From: a virus
DNA length: 64,000 nt
Virus record (IMG/VR): IMGVR_UViG_3300034418_007766
Coordinates: 26,725 to 90,724 of that record
Reading direction: 5' to 3' (one strand)
Shown: positions 41,376 to 48,148 of the stretch, in pieces
How the letters are laid out: each line of letters opens with the position of its first letter
Numbering within the stretch: position 1 is the stretch's first letter
The notes under the pieces: model-generated
Databases searched by the model: none
What the model saw: the letters and a program-made list of their open reading frames with translations, nothing else
Told to the model about the DNA's origin: nothing
Translations under genes and position numbers: made by a program

Positions 41376-41702
41376 TCAAACTTGTTGTATAAGGGGCTTT
41401 TTTCTGACTGTTCCGTTTTTTGTGAAGTATGCTTCACGCAAACTTTGTAACGCACCTTCAACACGACTTGGATACTTTCCTAGGAAAGTGCCTGCTTCCA
41501 AATCGTCTAAAGTGATATGTTCTTTATGGAAGTGTTCAATGTCATCCCAAACTGCCAACATTGTTTTACCCATATTGTCAAAGAAGCCATCTGAGAAAAT
41601 TGGATCACCTTGTTCATAGTATGCGTATGATGCCATGAGATACCATGGCACCATCATGTTTATATTTTTAGCAAATAATTTTGCTGCATGATCATCTAGC
41701 AT
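41376..41702 (-). CDS. stand-alone NAD-dependent DNA ligase subdomain-Ia-like protein
   Basis: YAYYEQGDPIFSDGFFD resembles the LigA YY...P.ISD.EYD motif. Confidence 0.6.
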   Translation of the reverse strand: MLDDHAAKLFAKNINMMVPWYLMASYAYYEQGDPIFSDGFFDNMGKTMLAVWDDIEHFHKEHITLDDLEAGTFLGKYPSRVEGALQSLREAYFTKNGTVRKKPLIQQV

Positions 41703-41926
41703 TTGACACCTATACCAGCCAACATATTACGTGCTACCACTGTGTTGTTTGGATCGTTATCTTTTTCAACAATTTCATCAAGCATCATCTGATGTAGTGT
41801 CAATGCCATGTTAAATTTGTCTGCGTCAAGTGTTTGGAACATATCATAGATTTCTTCAACAGTATCACATGCCCAAAGTCGGTCCAACATGTCGCACTGT
41901 TCTTCTGTGAGATCATATATCTTCAT
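41696..41926 (-). CDS. hypothetical protein
   Basis: Coupled ORF. Confidence 0.6.
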   Translation of the reverse strand: MKIYDLTEEQCDMLDRLWACDTVEEIYDMFQTLDADKFNMALTLHQMMLDEIVEKDNDPNNTVVARNMLAGIGVKC

Positions 41927-42111
41927 GATGCCAATGCCTCTTTGTAACCAGCATATACAAGGCTTTGAAAATAGCTCTCAGCTTTTTTGCGATCGTGAAA
42001 CTCTTTGCTGGTTTCAAAATCCAACATATCATATTCGTTGAATACAGCACCGTTTTTGGTTACATCTACTGTGATTGATCGTTTGTTACGTTGTAAGACA
42101 CATGTTTTCAT
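41923..42111 (-). CDS. hypothetical protein
   Basis: Coupled ORF. Confidence 0.55.
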   Translation of the reverse strand: MKTCVLQRNKRSITVDVTKNGAVFNEYDMLDFETSKEFHDRKKAESYFQSLVYAGYKEALAS

Positions 42112-43291
42112 TTGCGTTCACCAGTTTTGCTATTACAGGGTTGACATCCATAAGAGACACTTTGCTCTTACTGTCTAGCTTACTTATAACATACTTACGC
42201 AAGTTGTCAAGTTCTTTTCTTGAATTTATTCGCCAATTTTTGTTTTTTATTTCTTCTAGATGCTGTGTTTCCATGAACTTTCGCACTTCGTTATCTATTA
42301 CACCAGTGCCTAAATGTTCTAACAAATAGTTTTTTTGCTGCCTATCAAGTAAACTGATATTGTAAAAAATTGGGTCATGCAAAAAATTACACACAAGATT
42401 ATCTATATCAAATCCTATGCTATCACACCATTTCTCCATGTTTGTGCCGCTCAAACTGTTAAGCAATCCTACTGTGTATGTAATTTTAACATCAACATCT
42501 TGTTGCATAGCGTGTTTGAAATTTTCTTCAAGTCTTCTCCATTTTGCAGGAGGACGTTGATATTCATAATTAGCACCTACATCATCTATACTGTAATGTA
42601 ATTGTATACTTTGAAACTTTGAAAATATTTCAAGCAGCCTATTTGTAAGTTTGAATGAGCCATTGGTGTGGAATTTGATCCAAATATTTTTTGCTCTATC
42701 GGTTTCAATCAAATGATCTAATAGCGTGTAGTGATCGTTGATCAAAAAAGGTTCGCCACCGCTGAGATACAACACTTCTAAGTTTTCACTGATGTTTACA
42801 ATGCTATCCCAGTTTTGTTTTTGTGTTACCCAATCTTTACCGTAGCTAGGATTAATAACTTGTCCAAAAATTTCTAGTTCAGTTTGTTCCCATTTTTTTG
42901 TAAATTCGCTATTGCAAATTTTACATTGTAGATTACAGTGATTGCCCAATTTAACATCAAACAACACAGGGTTAGGTGCATCTAATGAGTTCATAAGGTG
43001 CAAGTGTTTGCCATGCACCTGCATTTCTCTTTGACGTCTACTCAATATTCCTTGTGATTCTTGCGTAAAGCATTTACTACAACCATCGGGTTCTTCGCCG
43101 TTGATATACTGTTGTCTTAACCTAGTATATTCATGATTGTTCCATACACTTTCTAGTGTGGTGTTTGCATCATTTAAGTCAGTTTTACTGCCATCTTCAT
43201 TTACAAAGTCATACTTGTATTCTGCACAAGGTCTAACAAACCCTGTTGCACACACTTCAATTTGTGTCCATGGCACAATACATTTACGCAT
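42086..43291 (-). CDS. radical SAM protein with N-terminal SPASM/twitch-like domain
   Basis: CIVPW...RPC...CSKC, then CNLQCKIC and SGGEPF. Confidence 0.85.
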   Translation of the reverse strand: MRKCIVPWTQIEVCATGFVRPCAEYKYDFVNEDGSKTDLNDANTTLESVWNNHEYTRLRQQYINGEEPDGCSKCFTQESQGILSRRQREMQVHGKHLHLMNSLDAPNPVLFDVKLGNHCNLQCKICNSEFTKKWEQTELEIFGQVINPSYGKDWVTQKQNWDSIVNISENLEVLYLSGGEPFLINDHYTLLDHLIETDRAKNIWIKFHTNGSFKLTNRLLEIFSKFQSIQLHYSIDDVGANYEYQRPPAKWRRLEENFKHAMQQDVDVKITYTVGLLNSLSGTNMEKWCDSIGFDIDNLVCNFLHDPIFYNISLLDRQQKNYLLEHLGTGVIDNEVRKFMETQHLEEIKNKNWRINSRKELDNLRKYVISKLDSKSKVSLMDVNPVIAKLVNANENMCLTT

Positions 43292-44771
43292 CTAATTTTT
43301 CCATCAATTGTTTATAATAAAACTTATCATAAAAATATTTAAACTTTTCGTTTTCTGATCCTTCTATGTCATTGCAATATGCATCATATAAACTCCAATA
43401 TTTCCAAACTTTAGGAGGAAATGTGTTGTGTTCAGCAACTGCTTGATTAGCAAAGTCTGCTATCTTTTGTGCTTGTAAAGAGTTTGAGATATCTCCGCTG
43501 TCATTTCTTGTCCATGTCAAGCCATCTATTGTATAGTTGTAATGGTTAGGATTGCGATCTATAGCACTGTCAAACATAAAATTATTTAGGTCGCCAAGAT
43601 CCTTTAATAACAAAGCATTGAAACTCAGCGCATCTATATAATTGTTACCTTCTTTGCTATACCAATTTACCATGTCAAGCACATCTTGCTCGTTATCATA
43701 AGGCAATCCTACAACATAGCCTGCATTTACATACACATCGTCTGCCCAAACCTGTTTACAATTTTTCATGCCTTGTATTTTAATATCTTTATTATCACCT
43801 TTGCCTACAATTTTGCTGGTTTTGTTGTTCCAAGTTTCTAGTCCATAATAAATTCTACGCAATCCAATATCATACATTAACTGTGCTTGATGCTTTTGTT
43901 TTGCAACCAAGTCCATGCGAACATATGCTTCAAAATAAGGTTGGTAATCTAAACTTTGTATTACCTCATTTACAAGTTCTAATTTTGGCGTGTAATCATT
44001 GAAAGTGTCGTCAACGATATAATACTGATATACACCCCATTTTTTATAATTTTCACTGAGCTCTTTGAACAACACATCTTGATATTTGGTGTAGTCTTTG
44101 GTATTTTGTCCGATGTGTGGATAACTACAAAATGCGCAATTAAATATGCATCCTCTGCTAATTTCTATTGTAAGTATTTCTTCACTGTTTATGCAATCAG
44201 TATCTTCATAAGAAACCGATGTATTAGCAAAATTATGATTTGGACCATGCCCACGTGGATCGTAGTTATAGATGTGTTCACGCTTGCCTTGTAGATAGTC
44301 TACAAATTGATTTTCACAAAAGCCAACAAAAATTCTATCCCATTCTGTATCTCGAACGTATTCAAAAACTTTACTGCCTCCAACAATGCATTCTGTGCGA
44401 TTATTAACTTGCTTGACATAATCTATGTAGCGGTTTTGATTGCCCAAGAAAATTTGCCAACTCATGCCTTCGTTGAAGTTAACTGTTCTTGTGTCTCTGC
44501 TTTCAGGTCCAAGTAAATATTGATTTCCGCCAAATGTTCTCCATGGAAACCATGTAATACTCCAGCCAACACAAACAGTATTTGATCCAACTGTTTTGTC
44601 TATTATTGTTTGGTATTGTTCCCAAGTAATACAACTTGAAAAGTCGATAACAATTGCACTGTGCCCTTGCGCTCTAGCTAGATTGGCAATTTTATAGGCA
44701 CCTAATCCTCTTTGCGGTGAAAGTTTATCTGCAATGTCAGTAAAAATTACAACATCATAGGTCATTTTCAA
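43284..44771 (-). CDS. B12-binding-like radical SAM protein
   Basis: EISRGCIFNCAFC, DDTFND and GLET motifs. Confidence 0.85.
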   Translation of the reverse strand: MKMTYDVVIFTDIADKLSPQRGLGAYKIANLARAQGHSAIVIDFSSCITWEQYQTIIDKTVGSNTVCVGWSITWFPWRTFGGNQYLLGPESRDTRTVNFNEGMSWQIFLGNQNRYIDYVKQVNNRTECIVGGSKVFEYVRDTEWDRIFVGFCENQFVDYLQGKREHIYNYDPRGHGPNHNFANTSVSYEDTDCINSEEILTIEISRGCIFNCAFCSYPHIGQNTKDYTKYQDVLFKELSENYKKWGVYQYYIVDDTFNDYTPKLELVNEVIQSLDYQPYFEAYVRMDLVAKQKHQAQLMYDIGLRRIYYGLETWNNKTSKIVGKGDNKDIKIQGMKNCKQVWADDVYVNAGYVVGLPYDNEQDVLDMVNWYSKEGNNYIDALSFNALLLKDLGDLNNFMFDSAIDRNPNHYNYTIDGLTWTRNDSGDISNSLQAQKIADFANQAVAEHNTFPPKVWKYWSLYDAYCNDIEGSENEKFKYFYDKFYYKQLMEKLDA

Positions 44772-45465
44772 TCCAAGGCACTAATACTTCAGCAGCAAAT
44801 CGTTTGTGTTGGTAATTGCCGGGATGTGGATCATCATTTTTTGGGAAATCATTTGGATAATTTTTTATACACCAATTGTGCATACTTTTGACTGGAAGAA
44901 ATCTATTCCAATCAATCAGATCTTTTAAATGATCAACAAACACTGCACTATCTTTTGGGTCTTTTAGCACTTCGTCTGTATAGGTTGAAAAAAAGTATTT
45001 TATTCTATAACTCTTTAAAAATAATTGCAATCTCAACATATGCTCATAGGTTTCTATTTGATCTTGGATTGAATTATTATAAGTTCTGTAATATCCCATT
45101 GCAAATTTGTTATCAAAAAAAGGATTTATCAAAACCCATCCGTGCTTTGATCCTTCAGGCCATATATGAGGACTGGTATCACTGATGTAAGGTTTGCATA
45201 ACTTTAATGTATCATCTGATTCAACATAGAAAGCCTTTCTGCCAGGGCCGCTCCACATAACGCCTACATACATTTCTTCAGGAGACATTCCTGCTTGTAA
45301 ACAATCATATACCTGTCTTATTACTTTGCGAGAAATCAAATCATTGCCACTGCTTCCTACACCTGTTTGATCATGAGTGACTTTTAGCTGATTTTCTAAA
45401 TGCACGGGCCAGCAAAACATATCAGCACTGAAGCTGCAACCTCCAGTTATCAAATGTGTTATCAT
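44755..45465 (-). CDS. SGNH hydrolase/acyltransferase-like protein
   Basis: GCSFS, GSGN and DPHP motifs. Confidence 0.6.
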   Translation of the reverse strand: MITHLITGGCSFSADMFCWPVHLENQLKVTHDQTGVGSSGNDLISRKVIRQVYDCLQAGMSPEEMYVGVMWSGPGRKAFYVESDDTLKLCKPYISDTSPHIWPEGSKHGWVLINPFFDNKFAMGYYRTYNNSIQDQIETYEHMLRLQLFLKSYRIKYFFSTYTDEVLKDPKDSAVFVDHLKDLIDWNRFLPVKSMHNWCIKNYPNDFPKNDDPHPGNYQHKRFAAEVLVPWIENDL

Positions 45466-45617
45466 TTTTTTACTTCGCAACCTCCTTTGTGTCCACAATG
45501 CGGGCAGTGAAAAGTATATCTATCAATACACATTTTTTCCATTGTTGCATAAGTGAACCAGTTCTTGCATTTACCACAAGTGAGATGCCAAATAGTTTCT
45601 TTAACAGCTTTGAACAT
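45462..45617 (-). CDS. 51-aa zinc-ribbon protein
   Basis: CGKC / CPHCG; TATAAATA 4 nt before the ATG. Confidence 0.7.
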   Translation of the reverse strand: MFKAVKETIWHLTCGKCKNWFTYATMEKMCIDRYTFHCPHCGHKGGCEVKK

Positions 45618-45637
45618 AAAATATTTATAAAGAGAAA

Positions 45638-45660
45638 TGGTAGTCCTAACAGGATTCGAA
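45638..45660 (-). pseudogene. tRNA 3'-end remnant
   Basis: TTCGAATCCTGTTAGGACTACCA: T-loop, acceptor strand and CCA, with no 5' half. Confidence 0.6.
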
Positions 45661-45690
45661 AAAGACAATTAATGCAAAACACAGTAAAGT

Positions 45691-45783
45691 TGGTAGACGC
45701 CCTGGGGATCGAACCCAGCCGTGAACAGTAATCTGCTGCCTAAGGGGATATAAGTCCCTCCCGCACAACCAGTGCTGACGTCC
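45691..45783 (-). tRNA. atypical tRNA with UAU anticodon (Ile-like) and long variable arm
   Basis: 7-bp acceptor, GCAC/GTGC D-stem, CT-TAT-AT loop, AGCAG/CTGTT variable arm, CTGGG-TTCGATC-CCCAG T-arm, ACCA. Confidence 0.7.
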
Positions 45784-45805
45784 ATTTATGGTGCTCCAAC
45801 GGTTT

Positions 45806-45895
45806 TGGCGGAAAGGGTGGGATTCGAACCCACGGTAGAGTCTCCCCTACTTCGGTTTTCAAGACCGACGCCTTAAGCCTCTCGGCCACCTTTCC
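45806..45895 (-). tRNA. tRNA-Ser(UGA)
   Basis: TCGGT-CT-TGA-AA-ACCGA, long variable arm, GCCA end. Confidence 0.95.
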
Positions 45896-45899
45896 TTGT

Positions 45900-45973
45900 T
45901 GGAGCGGGTAAGGAGAATCGAACTCCTATCATCTGCTTGGAAGGCAGAGGTCTTACCATTACACAATACCCGC
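45900..45973 (-). tRNA. tRNA-Gly(UCC)
   Basis: TCTGC-CT-TCC-AA-GCAGA, TCCA end. Confidence 0.95.
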
Positions 45974-45977
45974 GATA

Positions 45978-46054
45978 TGGTCCGGGTGGAAGGATTTGAA
46001 CCTCCGACATCTACGCCCCAAACGTAGCGGTCTACCAGACTGACCTACACCCGG
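45978..46054 (-). tRNA. tRNA-Pro(UGG)
   Basis: CTACG-TT-TGG-GG-CGTAG, ACCA end. Confidence 0.95.
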
Positions 46055-46058
46055 AATA

Positions 46059-46133
46059 TGGTGGGCCCGGAGGAAGTCGAATCCCCAATCGATGCGTTAT
46101 GAGCGCACTGCTTTACCATTAAGCTACAAGCCC
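46059..46133 (-). tRNA. tRNA with CAU anticodon, probably Ile2 (lysidine type); elongator Met not excluded
   Basis: GTGCG-CT-CAT-AA-CGCAT; GGGC acceptor; paired 1:72, so not an initiator. Confidence 0.85.
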
Positions 46134-46145
46134 TATGTTACATAT

Positions 46146-46230
46146 TGGCACAGGTGGCGAGATTCGAACTCGCTCAGCTAACGCACTGGTTTTGGAGACC
46201 AGCCTACCTCTCCGACTGTAGCGCACCTGC
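46146..46230 (-). tRNA. tRNA-Trp(CCA) with enlarged variable region
   Basis: CTGGT-CT-CCA-AA-ACCAG, 12-nt variable region, G73-CCA. Confidence 0.85.
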
Positions 46231-46246
46231 ATAAAACTTTTTTTAA

Positions 46247-46322
46247 AACTACACTATCTTTAGCCCTTTCAAAGCCTCTGTCTCTGCAACGACACCTTAT
46301 TGCAGTAAGGTGTAGTGTAGTC
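46247..46322 (-). ncRNA. structured element with pseudoknot potential between the attenuator and tRNA-Trp
   Basis: GACTACACTA/TAGTGTAGTT outer stem; CACCTTA/TAAGGTG hairpin whose loop CTGCAA is complementary to downstream TTGCAG. Confidence 0.55.
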
Positions 46323-46324
46323 AT

Positions 46325-46359
46325 AAAAAAAGCCCCTAACATTATTAGTGCTAGGGGCT
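46325..46359 (-). terminator. intrinsic terminator of the putative attenuator
   Basis: AGCCCCTAGCA-7nt-TGTTAGGGGCT followed by TTTTTT. Confidence 0.88.
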
Positions 46360-46387
46360 GTTGAAATAACTTTTTTATAAAGTCACG

Positions 46388-46450
46388 TCAAGACATACCC
46401 CACTTTCGTGATGGCCAATATATTATACCTATTGTGTTAGTCTTGATCAT
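46388..46450 (-). CDS. 20-aa leader peptide MIKTNTIGIIYWPSRKWGMS
   Basis: GAAGGA RBS; codons ATA x3, TGG x2, CCA, TCA; overlaps the antiterminator arm. Confidence 0.7.
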   Translation of the reverse strand: MIKTNTIGIIYWPSRKWGMS

Positions 46451-46470
46451 GTAAAAAATTCCTTCATTGT

Positions 46471-46476
46471 TATTTA
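46471..46476 (-). promoter_or_regulatory. late promoter TAAATA upstream of the leader peptide
   Basis: GATAAATA 20 nt before the leader ATG. Confidence 0.55.
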
Positions 46477-46477
46477 T

Positions 46478-46688
46478 CTGTGATAGGTTGGATTAAGGAT
46501 TACCAACAACCGCCTCAACAGATCCTGTCAATCAATTCAGCGGAGCCTAGCATCGGATAGTTACTTCCAAAATACGCATCTTCATGTCTCCATGCTCATG
46601 CGCTGCCACTACAGCTACTAGCCAAGTTACTGCCTCTGTAAAGCAGCGTTTCCTTGCACTATCTAACTCGGACCGTCGTCTTTGTTAT
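46478..46688 (-). ncRNA. unassigned ~200-nt multi-branched structured RNA
   Basis: No minus-strand ORF, GC-richer than flanks, about 8 nested helices found by hand, own sigma70 promoter. Confidence 0.65.
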
Positions 46689-46694
46689 GTTTAT

Positions 46695-46723
46695 AATATA
46701 GCAAAAGAATCACCAAAGGTCAA
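46695..46723 (-). promoter_or_regulatory. sigma70-type promoter
   Basis: TTGACC-17-TATATT. Confidence 0.7.
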
Positions 46724-46728
46724 CCTTT

Positions 46729-47373
46729 TTATTGCCAAGAAACAAAAAAATCTTCATCTTTTTTGTAAAATTTTTCAATATATTCTTCATAGGTAATAAT
46801 TCGCGGACCCCAGTCCTGTAATGTATATCCATTGCTTTTATACATTACATTTTGATAACAACTTTCTTGTTCGTCTGGATATATTCTAACAAGGCCGGCA
46901 TCAAATGCTTGCCATTTGTCTGTGACACTCATCCAGCTACGTTTCACATTTTCCCACCAAGGTTGTTTTTCAATTTGATATCCACGCTTGCGTCTTTGCA
47001 TACTAAAAAACAATAAATCGTATTCAAATCCTAATACTTGTTCTACCAATGGAATTACATGATTAGCTAGTTGATCATGATGATACGTAATTTTTCTTGG
47101 ACTACGCCATTCAGGAAACATATAAGTTCTGTTGAGTATTCTAGCAACGTGTGGAGATAATTCAAGCAACCCGCTAAAGTGCCAAAGTTTATCGTCTAAG
47201 TATGCAATCCAAAAAAGTTTATGATCCTCAACTACACAGCGTTCTTTTGTATAATTTTCTCGTAGCCAATTATCTTCTTCTAAGCACTTTTGTCTTACTT
47301 TTTCAAATTCAACATTGTCATGATCAAATACATGTAATCTTACTCTACCTGAAGATACAATTTCATTTATCAT
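46729..47373 (-). CDS. hypothetical protein, possible GNAT-like fold
   Basis: 214 aa coupled to the desaturase; ARILNRTYMFPEWR is only weakly GNAT-like. Confidence 0.55.
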   Translation of the reverse strand: MINEIVSSGRVRLHVFDHDNVEFEKVRQKCLEEDNWLRENYTKERCVVEDHKLFWIAYLDDKLWHFSGLLELSPHVARILNRTYMFPEWRSPRKITYHHDQLANHVIPLVEQVLGFEYDLLFFSMQRRKRGYQIEKQPWWENVKRSWMSVTDKWQAFDAGLVRIYPDEQESCYQNVMYKSNGYTLQDWGPRIITYEEYIEKFYKKDEDFFVSWQ

Positions 47374-48148
47374 AATAATTTACACCTTTGAGTGAATCAG
47401 GTTTTGCTAGTTTTTCAATCAACCATTTACCAAAGTCAGGTTGTCCGCGGTTCCATCCAAACGCATAACTCCAAGGTGCCGCATGGTGATTGTTGTGCCA
47501 GCCTTCTCCCCAAGAGTATAATCCCATAATAAATGTGTTCTTAGAATCATCGTTTGTGTCAGTATCTTTATGTCCAAACATATGGGCACCTACAGTAATC
47601 CAGGATATAGTATGTAAACAAAACATTGTGCTTACTAGGTATCCATACATAAACAAGTCAGGATTGATAGCAAACAATAACAATCCCCAGCCAACTAATA
47701 TATGAAAATAGTATTTGTTAAAAAATCTATGATACGGATCTTTTAGTAAATCAATGACTATCCTTGGACTTACATGATGATAAGGCACAAAATTATGCCA
47801 TAATTTAAACTTTTGCCACAAGGTAGAATTTCTAATGCAGTGCGGATCTTTATCAGTGTCTGAATACTTATGGTGTATTCTATGCGTAGCAGTCCATGGA
47901 ATAGTAGGACCAACTGTGTTAATTACAGATAAAAAATGTAATATAATTAATATAAAATTATTTTTTGGTTCCCAAGATTTATGAGAAAAACAACGATGTA
48001 ACCCCATACTGATTCCAACATGCACTACTATCCAAGAAAATAACCACGAGCCAAATAGGTATGCTGCATTAAAGTTAAAAATTAACACCAAGGGTCCGCC
48101 TACATAACAAGCCAATTGAAACATATTTGTTTTTTGATCAACTCTCAT
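47363..48148 (-). CDS. membrane fatty-acid (delta-9 type) desaturase
   Basis: His boxes HRCFSH, HRIHH and GEGWHNNHH. Confidence 0.9.
   Translation of the reverse strand: MRVDQKTNMFQLACYVGGPLVLIFNFNAAYLFGSWLFSWIVVHVGISMGLHRCFSHKSWEPKNNFILIILHFLSVINTVGPTIPWTATHRIHHKYSDTDKDPHCIRNSTLWQKFKLWHNFVPYHHVSPRIVIDLLKDPYHRFFNKYYFHILVGWGLLLFAINPDLFMYGYLVSTMFCLHTISWITVGAHMFGHKDTDTNDDSKNTFIMGLYSWGEGWHNNHHAAPWSYAFGWNRGQPDFGKWLIEKLAKPDSLKGVNYYDK

Noticed and set aside
45691-45783. Suppressor tRNA or alternative genetic code
   Set aside because: The anticodon after CU is UAU, not CUA/UUA/UCA; genes are intact in code 11 and end in TAA, TGA and TAG
46478-46688. RNase P, tmRNA or group II intron identity for the structured RNA
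   Set aside because: AGTGCAAGGAAA and the ...CCTATC end are only loosely reminiscent; no P4 GAGGAAAGTCC pairing, tag ORF, CCA end or domain V found
46584-46796. 70-aa plus-strand ORF over the ncRNA
   Set aside because: No RBS, opposite to the local promoter and transcription direction, and overlaps a convergent gene end
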